Assembly (NCBI GenBank): GCA_965649265.1 | Contig: CBFGKC010000014.1 | Location: 244-38,084 of the forward strand | From: a candidate division WOR-3 bacterium | GTDB taxonomy: Bacteria > Hydrothermota > Tepidihabitantia > B3-TA06 | DNA length: 37,841 nt | Direction of reading: 5' to 3' | In this document: positions 9,077 through 18,710 of the stretch, piece by piece | How the letters are laid out: each line of letters begins with the position of its first letter | How positions within the stretch are numbered: position 1 is the first letter of the stretch | Made by a program: the position numbers and the translations under genes | The notes under the pieces: generated by a model | Seen by the model: the letters and a program-made list of their open reading frames with translations, nothing else | What the model was told of the DNA's origin: nothing | The model's database searches: none

Positions 9077-9564
9077 TGTCTCGCAAGATCATGAATCTGG
9101 AAAAAGACGGTGCCTGGGTCGTTAAAAACCCCGAGACCTTCGAGGAAGTCGAAAAACGCCTGATGGAGTTCTACCCTCAGGGCGAACTCGTACTTTACCG
9201 CAAGCGCCGCTGGTACTGGGAAGTGAGTCCCGAGGACATCGTAAAGGTCGCCGACTTTTGCTTCAATACCCTGGCCTGCCGGTTCTCCATCGCCACGGGT
9301 ACGGACTTGCCAAAGGGATTCACGATTACTTACCACTTCTCAATCGACCGTATAGGACTTCTCATAAACGTCAGGGTGACGCTTCCCCACGACTCGCCGG
9401 AGATAGATTCGCTCACCGCAGTCGCTCCGTCGTTCGAGTGGATCGAGCGCGAGATGCAGGAGCTTCTCGGAATCAAGTTTCGCGGCCTCAATGATACCAG
9501 GCACTTGCTGCTGCCGGATGATTCGCCTGCAGATTATCATCCTTTAAGGAGGTCCTTTGGCTGA
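9076..9564 (+). CDS. NuoC/MbhK-like subunit
   Basis: WIEREMQELLGIKFRG...LLLPDD...HPLRR; TGATG overlap. Confidence 0.92.
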   Translation: MSRKIMNLEKDGAWVVKNPETFEEVEKRLMEFYPQGELVLYRKRRWYWEVSPEDIVKVADFCFNTLACRFSIATGTDLPKGFTITYHFSIDRIGLLINVRVTLPHDSPEIDSLTAVAPSFEWIEREMQELLGIKFRGLNDTRHLLLPDDSPADYHPLRRSFG

Positions 9565-10741
9565 TATGGAACGCAGGGTAATACCCATAGGTCCATTCCA
9601 CCCCCTCCAGGAGGAAGCGGAGTTTTTCAAGCTCAAGGTGGAAGGGGAGAAGGTCGTAGGACTTGACATTCAGCTGGGATACATGCATCGCGGGCACGAG
9701 AAGCTTGCCGAGGGTAAGACGTATGACATGATACCGTTCCTGGTAGAACGCATCTGCGGCATATGCTCTTCCTCACACCCTTTCGCCTACGTGCAGGCAG
9801 TCGAGGATGCCGCCGACGTAGACATTCCGCTTCGCGCGAAGTACATTCGCTCCATCATCGGCGAACTAGAGAGGCTTCACTCGCATCTTTTGTGGGTGGG
9901 TCTTGCAGGTCATTTCATCGGCTACAACACCGTCTGGATGTGGGCGTGGAAATACCGCGAGCCTGTGCTCGATATGTTCGAGATGATCACCGGAAACCGC
10001 AACCATTACGGTATGTTCAAGCCGGGCGGCGTCCGCCGTGATATAGAGCCCGGCATGATCCCGCTTCTCGTTGGTGTTCTTGAGGAAGCGGAGAAGAAAA
10101 TACTCATGCTTACGAAAGCGGTACTCGACGACCCGGTTCTTCACAAGCGTCTGGAAAATGTCGGTATTCTTACGAGGGAACAGGCGGTGGCTTACAGCGT
10201 CGTCGGGCCTACTGCTCGCGCATCAGGCGTGACCGTTGACGTTCGCAAGGACGATCCCCATGCCGCATACGACCTCATTGAATGGAACGAAATCGTATGC
10301 ACGGAGGGTGATGTCTATGCAAAGGCCAAGGTTCGACTGCTCGAGTGTTTTGAATCCATAAAGATCATACGCCAGTGTCTGAAGCACCTTCCCGCAGGTG
10401 AGATTGACGCGCATATGGAGTTTGCGCCTGACGGCGAAGGCGTTGGCCGCTACGAGGCTCCAAGGGGAGAGGTTTTCCATTACGTAAAAGGCAACGGCTC
10501 GATATACCCCGTGCGGCACAAGATTCGCGCGCCAAGCTACGTGAACATCAAATCCAACGAAGTAGCCGTTTTAGGCGACACGGTAGCCGATGCGGCCATA
10601 ACACTTGCGGCGGTCGATCCCTGTTACTGCTGCACCGAACGCATCGCCGCCTTCAACACAAAGGATGAACTTCTCTACACGTGGGACGACCTTGTCAGGC
10701 TCTCACAGGAAAAGACCGCTAAAATGGGAGGAGGATCGTGA
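9557..10741 (+). CDS. Group-4 [NiFe]-hydrogenase large catalytic subunit (MbhL/HycE/EchE-like)
   Basis: GPFHP..EE, HRG.EK, L1 RICGICSSSH and L2 DPCYCCTER with all four metal Cys; C-terminal extension after Arg. Confidence 0.95.
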   Translation: MADMERRVIPIGPFHPLQEEAEFFKLKVEGEKVVGLDIQLGYMHRGHEKLAEGKTYDMIPFLVERICGICSSSHPFAYVQAVEDAADVDIPLRAKYIRSIIGELERLHSHLLWVGLAGHFIGYNTVWMWAWKYREPVLDMFEMITGNRNHYGMFKPGGVRRDIEPGMIPLLVGVLEEAEKKILMLTKAVLDDPVLHKRLENVGILTREQAVAYSVVGPTARASGVTVDVRKDDPHAAYDLIEWNEIVCTEGDVYAKAKVRLLECFESIKIIRQCLKHLPAGEIDAHMEFAPDGEGVGRYEAPRGEVFHYVKGNGSIYPVRHKIRAPSYVNIKSNEVAVLGDTVADAAITLAAVDPCYCCTERIAAFNTKDELLYTWDDLVRLSQEKTAKMGGGS

Positions 10742-12153
10742 ATCTCGAATTGCTCTTCCTTATAGCGGTTCCGTTTGCAGGCGGTCTCCTGGTAATTTTC
10801 CCCGGCCGTTTTCTCAAGGTCCTTCGCTGGATACTCTCTATCCTTACGATTCTGGCGACAGGCTTTTTCCTTTATCTTAATTTTTCCCACGGCGGACTCA
10901 AGGGGCTGACCTTTTGGCATCTCCTGGGTTCCACCGACGCCGCGCAGTTCTCCGCGTCCCCTGTTTTCATCTTCATAGCGGCAGCGTTTCTCCTTCTCTG
11001 GCTCGTGGTGGTTCTTTACTCGTTCGGGTTCTTCAAAAAGGGGGAGGGGGGTGAAGAAGCCGATACCGAGTACTACGCCGTAACGCTTTTCATGCTCGGT
11101 TCAGTGCTGGGGCTTCTTTTTACGAACGACCTTGTCTTCCTCTACATTTTCTGGGAAATAGCGGCCATTACAACGTGGCGGCTTGTCGGATTCGAGAGGA
11201 CGGGAGAGAAAATTTCCATTGCATCGAAGACCATCCTCGTAAACTTTTTCGGCTCGGCACTGATGCTCGTGGGATTCCTCCTTTTAGTACTCCAGTTCGG
11301 CTCCTTCAATCTTGCCGACATGGTTGGAGAAAAGATTCCAATCCTTGCCGGGGTTCTTATTCTCGCAGGTATTTTCGCGAAATCCGCGGTGATACCTTTG
11401 TACATATGGCTGCCCGATGCCCATCCTGCGGCACCTTCGCCTACCAGCGCCTTGCTCTCTGGTGTAATAGTCAAGATTGGTCTCGTTGCTTACATAAAGC
11501 TCTTCAACCAGACATTTGTGACAACTCCTGAGTGGCGAATCGCGATATTATGGATCGTGCTTATCTCCAGTCTCGTTGCCGGAGGCGCAGCGCTTGTTGA
11601 GCGTGATTTCAAGAGGATACTTGCATATTCCACGGTCAGTCAAGTGGCTTTTGTATTCGCGGGTCTTGTGGCGGTCATGGAGCTTTCAGGTTTCATCGGA
11701 GCCGTTATTTACATTGTTGCTCATTCCCTTGCAAAGGGAACACTCTTTCTCGCATACGGGGTTGTAGCGCACGAAACGGGGCAAAGGGACATCAAATACA
11801 TCGGTCGTCTTGCAGGTCACATGCCTCTTGTATTTGTGGCAGTAATGATAGCTTCCCTGTCGATAATCGGCTTGCCTCCATTTTTTGGCTTTTTTGCGAA
11901 AGTAGGTGTAATTTACGGTGTCATTTCGAGCGGTGCATTGCTGGCCGCGGGTGGATTCATACTTGCTTCCATCCTGACCCTGCTTTATATGCTGAGGCTC
12001 TTCTCGAAAGTCTTTCTGGGAGGTAAAAAACCTGATATAGAGATACGGCAGCCTGTATATCTCTCCGTGCTTGTTTTTGTTTTGTCTCTGATCCTGTTGC
12101 TGGGAAGTGCCGGAGTAGGGCCGATAGTGGAGTATCTCGGAGGAGTCAAATGA
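10738..12153 (+). CDS. Proton-translocating antiporter-like subunit (MrpD/NuoM/N family)
   Basis: FWE, KSAVIPLYIWLPDAHPAAPSPTSALLSG, KRILAYSTVSQ, HSLAKG, GLPPFFGFFAK. Confidence 0.92.
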   Translation: MNLELLFLIAVPFAGGLLVIFPGRFLKVLRWILSILTILATGFFLYLNFSHGGLKGLTFWHLLGSTDAAQFSASPVFIFIAAAFLLLWLVVVLYSFGFFKKGEGGEEADTEYYAVTLFMLGSVLGLLFTNDLVFLYIFWEIAAITTWRLVGFERTGEKISIASKTILVNFFGSALMLVGFLLLVLQFGSFNLADMVGEKIPILAGVLILAGIFAKSAVIPLYIWLPDAHPAAPSPTSALLSGVIVKIGLVAYIKLFNQTFVTTPEWRIAILWIVLISSLVAGGAALVERDFKRILAYSTVSQVAFVFAGLVAVMELSGFIGAVIYIVAHSLAKGTLFLAYGVVAHETGQRDIKYIGRLAGHMPLVFVAVMIASLSIIGLPPFFGFFAKVGVIYGVISSGALLAAGGFILASILTLLYMLRLFSKVFLGGKKPDIEIRQPVYLSVLVFVLSLILLLGSAGVGPIVEYLGGVK

Positions 12154-14120
12154 ACTTGGCAAAGTTGCTTGATCCTATGGTTCTTTTGATACTTGTTCCA
12201 TTGCTGGTCGGTCTTCTTGCGTATCTTGTGAGACCGGCTCGCAGATACCTGTCGGTTGCCGCAGGCGCATTTGGAACTTACCTTTCAGTTCGTTTATTCC
12301 TGGACGTTCGCCACGGGGTTGAACCTCTTATGCTGCCAAGGGTATTCGGGATCGCGAATTCCCTCACAGTCGATTACTTATCGGCGGTTGTCCTGATGTT
12401 GGTTTCCGCGTTCGCGCTTCTCATATTCGTCTATGCCTTCCGTTTTTCAGCAGGTCCTCGTGACGACTGGCGTTTCTTCACGTTTGCGCTCCTTACCTAC
12501 GGCGCTGCAAACGGTGCTCTGCTTGCCGGATCGGTGCTCGTGCTCTATCTGTTCTGGGGAACCCTTCTCTTTACAGTATACGCGCTTCTTTTCTACGGAA
12601 AGGGTGACACTGAGGCATCGGCAAGAAAGATGTTCCTGTTGAACGGAGTTGCCGATTTCCTTCTTCTTTTCGGGCTCTTTGTTCTCATTATGTACACCAA
12701 ACAGTTCGGGACGAATCTCGAGCCGGGACAGCTTTCCTATTTCCCGACCGTCCTTAAGGAGAAGTTTGTACTTGACAATCCCCTTGCGATAATTGCGTTC
12801 ATCCTTATCGCGATAGGCGCCCTGACCAAGGCAGGATCGTTCCCACTACATACGTGGATTCCCAAGGCCGCGGAGACCGCGCCCGCCGAAAGCATGGCGT
12901 TTATTCCGGCAAGCCTGGATAAGATTCTTGGAATATACCTTTTCGTACGCCTGTGTTACTCTATGTTCGAGATTCGAACTAACATGACTCTGCAAGTCAT
13001 ATTCCTTTCCATTGGGGCGGTAACTATTCTCATAGCGGTCTTCATGGCTCTTGTTCAGAACGATGCAGCGAAGCTTTTGTCGTATTTGACGATAAGCCAG
13101 GTCGGATATATGGTTCTTGGGATAGCGTCGGGAAGCATCCTTGGTATTGCCGGCGGATTATTCCATATGATAAATGGCAGCTTTTATAAAAGCGCCTTGT
13201 TCCTAACCCAGGGTGCTGTTCAGCGCCAGACGGGCGAAACAAATCTTGAGAAATTGGGTGGCTTGGCGCGTGCGATGCCTGTAACTTTCTTATGCTTTGC
13301 GATTGCAGGTTTGGCGATTTCGGGTGTTCCTCCTTTGAATGGATTCGTTTCGAAATGGATGATATACCAGGCGCTTGTCGATATCGGTTCCAAGAATCCC
13401 TTTTTCTATATATTCCTCGTGGTCGGATTGTTCGGCAGTGTGCTGACTCTTGCTTCAGTCCTGAAGCTCGCACATTCAATATTCCTTGGTCGCAAACCAA
13501 AGGCACTCGAAGGTATCAAGGAAGCGCCAGTCAATCTCTGGTTGCCTCCCGTAATATTTACATGTGTTTCTCTGGCCTTCGGACTCTTTGCGTTCAAGCT
13601 CCCCTTGCCTTATCTGGTCTCGCCTGCTCTTTCGGCCTCGGCTATTGTCCCGCAAGGATTCTTCTCTCCTCTCGGATTTGCGGCTTTGATGCTCATACTC
13701 CTGTCCGTCGGTGTACTGGTGTATTTCCTTGGAGGCAGTTATGCTCCAAGAAAGCGCAAGGTGTTTACGGGAGCGGAGGAGCTTACGGAGGAGGAGATGC
13801 ACTTCGCAGGCCCTCACTTCTATTCATCTATAAAGAACGTTGCGATTTTCTCGGAACTGTTCAAGTTTGCCGAAGGCGGTTCGTTCGACATATTCCACTA
13901 CATCGAAGCCGCGGCAAGGGCCTTCGGCAAAACGTTAAAGCGTATTGTAGATGATTCACTCAACACTTTTGCAGTGCTCATCAAGAGGTTCCTGGATTTG
14001 GTCGGTAAGGGTTTCAGCTTGGTTCATACAGGCAGGCTGCCCTTTTATGTGGCCTGGCTCTTCCTCGGGATGCTTTTGCTCATTTTGTTAATTTTTATTA
14101 AAGGAGGCGGTGGTGCTTGA
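12150..14120 (+). CDS. Large antiporter-like subunit (NuoL/MrpA/HyfB-like) with MbhI-like C-terminal extension
   Basis: KAGSFPLHTWIP, KLLSYLTISQVGY, GVPPLNGFVSKW; C-terminal HTGRLPFYVAW and final TM helix. Confidence 0.9.
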   Translation: MNLAKLLDPMVLLILVPLLVGLLAYLVRPARRYLSVAAGAFGTYLSVRLFLDVRHGVEPLMLPRVFGIANSLTVDYLSAVVLMLVSAFALLIFVYAFRFSAGPRDDWRFFTFALLTYGAANGALLAGSVLVLYLFWGTLLFTVYALLFYGKGDTEASARKMFLLNGVADFLLLFGLFVLIMYTKQFGTNLEPGQLSYFPTVLKEKFVLDNPLAIIAFILIAIGALTKAGSFPLHTWIPKAAETAPAESMAFIPASLDKILGIYLFVRLCYSMFEIRTNMTLQVIFLSIGAVTILIAVFMALVQNDAAKLLSYLTISQVGYMVLGIASGSILGIAGGLFHMINGSFYKSALFLTQGAVQRQTGETNLEKLGGLARAMPVTFLCFAIAGLAISGVPPLNGFVSKWMIYQALVDIGSKNPFFYIFLVVGLFGSVLTLASVLKLAHSIFLGRKPKALEGIKEAPVNLWLPPVIFTCVSLAFGLFAFKLPLPYLVSPALSASAIVPQGFFSPLGFAALMLILLSVGVLVYFLGGSYAPRKRKVFTGAEELTEEEMHFAGPHFYSSIKNVAIFSELFKFAEGGSFDIFHYIEAAARAFGKTLKRIVDDSLNTFAVLIKRFLDLVGKGFSLVHTGRLPFYVAWLFLGMLLLILLIFIKGGGGA

Positions 14121-14664
14121 TCTTATCCTCCTTTTGATTTTTATGGTGGCTGCAGGCATTGTTGCCGTTGAGATTCGCGACCTCCTTTCATCCGCCATAG
14201 CACTCGGTGCGGTGGGTTTTGCGGTCGCTATAGGATTCATAAGACTTGCCGCGCCCGACCTGGCCATAGTCCAGGTCGTCATAGAAGTCATATCGGTTGT
14301 CTTTTTTGTGGCCATTATGCTCAAAACCACTCACGTGGATACCACTCTCGGCAGAAAATATCTTGGCGGCGATATTTTTTCCTTCGTCGTCTTCGGGCTT
14401 TTCGCACTGGTGTTCGTGTACTTCGGCGTGCAGATGCTGATTGAGCTTTCTGTGCTTGCCCCTATCGGTCGACCTTTAGGCCCGGCATCAGCCCATTATG
14501 TGCAGAATGCCGTCAAGGGCATGACCGAAACGGGTTCTGCCAACGTGGTGACATCGGTCGTAATCGATTACCGCGGATTCGACACGCTCGGAGAAGCCAC
14601 CGTTCTTTTTACATCCGTGATAGGCGTAATCTCCTTGCTCAGAATTGAAGGGAGAAAGAAATGA
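14110..14664 (+). CDS. MbhD+MbhE-like fusion (DUF4040 plus MnhB-related domain)
   Basis: APDLAIVQVVIE and NVVTSVVIDYRGFDTLGEATVLF. Confidence 0.9.
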   Translation: MVLDLILLLIFMVAAGIVAVEIRDLLSSAIALGAVGFAVAIGFIRLAAPDLAIVQVVIEVISVVFFVAIMLKTTHVDTTLGRKYLGGDIFSFVVFGLFALVFVYFGVQMLIELSVLAPIGRPLGPASAHYVQNAVKGMTETGSANVVTSVVIDYRGFDTLGEATVLFTSVIGVISLLRIEGRKK

Positions 14665-15098
14665 ATGGAATGTCGCCCATAGTCAGGGTCGTGGCTCGTG
14701 TGGTGGAAGGTTTCATCTTCCTCTACGGTTGTTACATTGTACTATACGGTCACCTTTCTCCAGGAGGCGGTTTCGCCGGGGGAGCCGTTATTGCCGCCGG
14801 ACTCATACTTTCGCGCATCGCGTTTGGAACAAACGAATCGCAGGAACGCAGCACATCCATCTCCTCATCGCTTTTCGAATCTTCGGGAGGACTTCTGTTC
14901 ATCCTCATAGGAATACTGGGCATTTCGGTCGGTGGATATTTCCTCTTGAATCTCTTCCCCGGGTTCGGCAAGCCCGGGAATCTTCTTTCTGCAGGCTCTA
15001 TTCCCCTGGTCAACATCGCGATAGCAATAAAGGTTGCCTCGGCACTCTTATCCATCTTTATCGTCCTGGCGTCAACCAAATACATATTAAAGGATTAA
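14661..15098 (+). CDS. mnhB: Na+/H+ antiporter subunit B (MrpB/MbhF)
   Basis: GHLSPGGGFAGG motif. Confidence 0.92.
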   Translation: MNGMSPIVRVVARVVEGFIFLYGCYIVLYGHLSPGGGFAGGAVIAAGLILSRIAFGTNESQERSTSISSSLFESSGGLLFILIGILGISVGGYFLLNLFPGFGKPGNLLSAGSIPLVNIAIAIKVASALLSIFIVLASTKYILKD

Positions 15099-15101
15099 GA
15101 G

Positions 15102-15452
15102 ATGATTGTTTTGATTGCTTCGCTTGTTTTGATTCTTATTGGCCTCTATGCCATAATAACCAAGCGCAATCTCATCAAGGTTGTTGTGGGATTCGCGCTC
15201 ACCGAGTACGCGGTTAATCTTCTCTTTGCCATTGTCGGGTTCAGACCGGGGGCGCTTCCGCCAATCGTTACGGGCATGACGGCTGTCGAAAGGACTCAGC
15301 ATGTCTTTTCCGATCCCATCCCCCAGGCTCTCGTGCTTACTGCAATCGTCATCGGGCTCGGAACGACCGCTCTCATGCTTTCACTTGCGCTGCGTATTTA
15401 CCAGCGCACGGGCACTTTTGATCTTGATGAAATCAAGAAGTTGAAAGGATAG
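15102..15452 (+). CDS. mnhC: Na+/H+ antiporter subunit C (MrpC/MbhG)
   Basis: DPIPQALVLTAIVIG motif. Confidence 0.95.
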   Translation: MIVLIASLVLILIGLYAIITKRNLIKVVVGFALTEYAVNLLFAIVGFRPGALPPIVTGMTAVERTQHVFSDPIPQALVLTAIVIGLGTTALMLSLALRIYQRTGTFDLDEIKKLKG

Positions 15453-15459
15453 GGAGGGT

Positions 15460-16983
15460 ATGGAGACGTTTCTGGTTTTATTAATAGCTGTTCCGCTTGC
15501 AGGTGCCTTCCTTATTCCTATTTTCTCGAAGCTCTGGAAGAGACTTGCCGATATTTTAGCCGGCCTTGCCGTTGCCGCCGTCCTCGGAATCGTAATATAC
15601 CTCTTCCTCAACTTCAAGCCCGGAACGATGCTCGTCTACAACTTCGGAAGCTGGCCGATTCCGTTGGGGATTGTTTTCGCCGTTGATTCGCTCGGGATGC
15701 TCATGCTACTCGTTATTTCCGTCCTCCTTTTCTTCGCCTATCTTTTCGCCATAAAATATATGGAGCACTTTACCGGAACCTGGAAGTTCTATACGCTTCT
15801 TCTCCTTCTCCTTGTGGGCATGAACGGCGTGGCCATGACCGGCGACCTCTTCAACATGTTCGTTTTTATCGAGATTGCCTCCATCTCCTCGTACGCGCTC
15901 GTGGCGTTCGGCACAGAACCTGAGGAGCTTGAGGCCGGGTTCAAGTACATGGTCATGGGCGAAATTGCAAGCCTCATGATTCTTCTCTCCATCGCATTCA
16001 TTTACGCGGGTACGGCAACGCTCAATCTCGCCGATATCTCACGCGTCCTTTCCACCGTGCCGAAGACCGTTGGATATTACTTTGTCTTTATTCTTCTGCT
16101 TTTCGGCTTCTCGGTAAAGGCGGCGCTTGTTCCTTTTCACTCCTGGCTTCCGGACGCGCACCCTTCGGCCCCTGCGCCCGTATCTGCGCTTCTTTCCGGC
16201 GCATTCATCAAGGTCCTTGGTGTATACGCAATGGCTAGAATCATATTCAACGTTTACGGTTTCTCTCGAGCACAGTATCCGCAGGTTTTTAATGCCCTCC
16301 TTATACTCGGCCTGGTTTCGATAATAGTCGGCAGTATTCTTGCGTTAACGCAGACCGATTACAAACGCCTTCTTGCATACTCCAGTATCAGTCAGATAGG
16401 TTATATAATCCTAGGACTGGGCATAGGTAACGAATTCGCGTTGATCGGCGCGCTCGCACATGTCTTGAGCCACGCCCTCGGTAAGGGCCTCCTCTTCCTG
16501 ACTTCCGGTTCGGTTGTCTACAGGACCGGCGAACGCGACATCACGAAGTTCACGGGAGGGCTCGGCAAACAGATGCCCTGGACATCCCTCTCTTATACAC
16601 TCGGCGGGCTTTCAGTGGCCGGAATGCCGCCTTTCCTCGGTTTTTTCTCCAAGCTTTTCATAATCCTCGGAGCGCTGGCTGCAGGAATGATCCCGGTGGC
16701 CATTGTCGCTACGCTTTTTGCGGTGGTCACCCTGGGGTACCTCCTTAAAATCACGAACCACGTATTCTGGGGCAAGGAGGGAATCAAAGGCATCAAGGAA
16801 TCACCTTTCATAATGGTTTTCGCCATGGCCTCGCTGGTGGTTCTTCTTCTGGCCGGCGGATGTCTCTTCTTCTGGCTCAAGACGAATCTTTTTGGTCCGG
16901 CATCCGATGCGCTTCTGTCGGGAACCAAATATGCCGAGACTGTGCTCAAGCTTGGAACCAGGATAATGGGAGGGGGAGGTTGA
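15460..16983 (+). CDS. mnhD: Na+/H+ antiporter subunit D (MrpD/MbhH)
   Basis: GDLFNMFVFIEIASISSY, KAALVPFHSWLPDAHPSAPAPVSALLSG, KRLLAYSSISQIGY. Confidence 0.93.
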   Translation: METFLVLLIAVPLAGAFLIPIFSKLWKRLADILAGLAVAAVLGIVIYLFLNFKPGTMLVYNFGSWPIPLGIVFAVDSLGMLMLLVISVLLFFAYLFAIKYMEHFTGTWKFYTLLLLLLVGMNGVAMTGDLFNMFVFIEIASISSYALVAFGTEPEELEAGFKYMVMGEIASLMILLSIAFIYAGTATLNLADISRVLSTVPKTVGYYFVFILLLFGFSVKAALVPFHSWLPDAHPSAPAPVSALLSGAFIKVLGVYAMARIIFNVYGFSRAQYPQVFNALLILGLVSIIVGSILALTQTDYKRLLAYSSISQIGYIILGLGIGNEFALIGALAHVLSHALGKGLLFLTSGSVVYRTGERDITKFTGGLGKQMPWTSLSYTLGGLSVAGMPPFLGFFSKLFIILGALAAGMIPVAIVATLFAVVTLGYLLKITNHVFWGKEGIKGIKESPFIMVFAMASLVVLLLAGGCLFFWLKTNLFGPASDALLSGTKYAETVLKLGTRIMGGGG

Positions 16984-16984
16984 T

Positions 16985-17476
16985 ATGAGGCGGATCGTCT
17001 TTGCGGTATTCGCGTATGCTCTGTGGGTTCTTCTGACATTACCCAACCACTGGTTTGTCTGGGTTGCTGGAGCCGTGGTCGTAATTATTGCAACATTAAT
17101 CTTTGCAGGAGAGTTTACCCATAAGCCACTCTCTTTCCTTAATCCAAGGCGCTGGTTCTGGTTCATCGTCTACATCCCAGTCTTTGCCTGGCACATGATT
17201 ATTGCCAACCTTGACGTCGCGTTCAGGGTGCTGCACCCGGCATGTCCTGTGAGACCGGGTATCGTCAAAATTCGAACCTCCCTCAAGACAGATGTCGCCA
17301 AGGCATTTCTGGCCAACGCCATTACGCTTACACCCGGCACGATGTCGGTGGATGTTGACGGCGAATACCTTTACATACACTGGATTGACGTCCAGGGTTC
17401 GGGTGACGACATAGATGCTAACAGCAAGAAGATTTCTCTTGTATTTGAGAAATACTTGAGGAGGATCTTCGAATGA
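16985..17476 (+). CDS. mnhE: Na+/H+ antiporter subunit E (MrpE/MbhA)
   Basis: ANLDVA, PGIV, LANAITLTPGT, LYIHWI. Confidence 0.95.
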   Translation: MRRIVFAVFAYALWVLLTLPNHWFVWVAGAVVVIIATLIFAGEFTHKPLSFLNPRRWFWFIVYIPVFAWHMIIANLDVAFRVLHPACPVRPGIVKIRTSLKTDVAKAFLANAITLTPGTMSVDVDGEYLYIHWIDVQGSGDDIDANSKKISLVFEKYLRRIFE

Positions 17477-17739
17477 GTATTTTCGAGATTTGTATCATAA
17501 TTATACTCGCCGTATCGGCATTTCTTTGCCTTTTCAGGATAGCAAGAGGACCCTCTATCTCCGATCGTATGGTTGGTGTAGACATCATGGGTATCATCTT
17601 CGTGGGTGTTACCGCTCTTACAGGGGTACTTTTCGATCTCTCCTACCTGATCGATATCGCTATAGTACTTGCACTTATCAGTTTTATAGGCACTCTTGCC
17701 CTTGCCAAATATCTTGAAAGGAGGACGCTCGATGATTAG
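17473..17739 (+). CDS. mnhF: Na+/H+ antiporter subunit F (MrpF/MbhB)
   Basis: RIARGPSISDRMVGVD; DIAIVLALISFIGTLALAKYL. Confidence 0.95.
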   Translation: MSIFEICIIIILAVSAFLCLFRIARGPSISDRMVGVDIMGIIFVGVTALTGVLFDLSYLIDIAIVLALISFIGTLALAKYLERRTLDD

Positions 17740-18112
17740 TTTTCTTGAAGTAGTCGGATACGTTATTATCGGCATAGGCGTTCTCTTCAACCTTTTGGGG
17801 GCGATAGGACTCGTAAGAATGCCTGATGTCTATAACCGCCTTCAGGCGGCCACGAAGAGCGTGACACTCGGTACCCTCGGTATCATGATCGGGATTCTTT
17901 TCCTTAAAGGATTCACTCCAATGGGCATTAAGGCAATCATCTGCGGTGCGTTTCTTCTTCTTACCGCACCTGTTTCCGCTCACGCTCTTGCCCGAGGGTC
18001 ACTGCGCTTCGGTGCAAAAATGTGGAAGGGTACGGTCAAGGACGCCTATGGTAAGGATAAGCTTGGTGGACCTCAGATAGAAAGCGAGGACAACAAAGAT
18101 GAAGTGGCCTAA
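17732..18112 (+). CDS. mnhG: Na+/H+ antiporter subunit G (MrpG/MbhC)
   Basis: GLVRMPDVYNRLQAATK; TAPVSAHALAR; ATG 17732 after AGGAGG. Confidence 0.95.
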   Translation: MISFLEVVGYVIIGIGVLFNLLGAIGLVRMPDVYNRLQAATKSVTLGTLGIMIGILFLKGFTPMGIKAIICGAFLLLTAPVSAHALARGSLRFGAKMWKGTVKDAYGKDKLGGPQIESEDNKDEVA

Positions 18113-18710
18113 ACTGCGCGAACTGGGAGAGGCTTTAAGATCTTTTTTCTCAAGCCCTTATACTAGCAAATTTCCGCACAAAGCCAGTATTCCCGCACCA
18201 AGATTCAGGGGTATTATCCAGTTCGACGAAAAAGCCTGCATCGGCTGCGGCGCTTGTGTTGAGGTTTGTCCGGCAAAGGCCCGCGCTCTTGAAGATGATA
18301 TCAAAACAGGCATAAGGCACGTTGTCTACTTCAAAGACAACTGTATATATTGTGGTCAATGCGTAACTTACTGTACAACGAAAGAAGGCATTCACCACAC
18401 CGTCGATTATGATTTAAGCTTCGTTGACCGCGCACCGTTTCGTGACGAGATTGAAAAAGAATTGTTGTTTTGTGAGCGCTGCGGAGACGTTATCACCACG
18501 CGAGAGCATCTCGTTTGGATTGCACAAAGGGTCGGTGAGCTTTCCTATGCCAATCCTACGCTGGTTCTTGCGCGCCAGGGAAATCTGGGTAACGTTGAGG
18601 TGAAACAGAGTGAAACCGATATCGAAGAACCATACAGAAGCGGGCACCAGCGCCTGCTTTGTCCACGCTGCAGGCGCCACGCGGTACTTCACGAGATCTG
18701 GGGATATTAA
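18099..18710 (+). CDS. 2x[4Fe-4S] subunit, NuoI/MbhN/HycF-like
   Basis: CIGCGACVEVCP and CIYCGQCVTYC plus C-terminal CERC/CPRC pair as in HycF. Confidence 0.92.
   Translation: MKWPKLRELGEALRSFFSSPYTSKFPHKASIPAPRFRGIIQFDEKACIGCGACVEVCPAKARALEDDIKTGIRHVVYFKDNCIYCGQCVTYCTTKEGIHHTVDYDLSFVDRAPFRDEIEKELLFCERCGDVITTREHLVWIAQRVGELSYANPTLVLARQGNLGNVEVKQSETDIEEPYRSGHQRLLCPRCRRHAVLHEIWGY

Noticed and set aside
5473-10741. Selenocysteine-containing formate dehydrogenase or NiFeSe hydrogenase
   Set aside because: No in-frame TGA at catalytic positions; all four NiFe ligands are Cys
7532-18710. Respiratory complex I or Ni-less Mbx/MBS/Ehr
   Set aside because: Both CxxC NiFe motifs are intact, there is no NuoA/E/F, and MrpE/F/G are present
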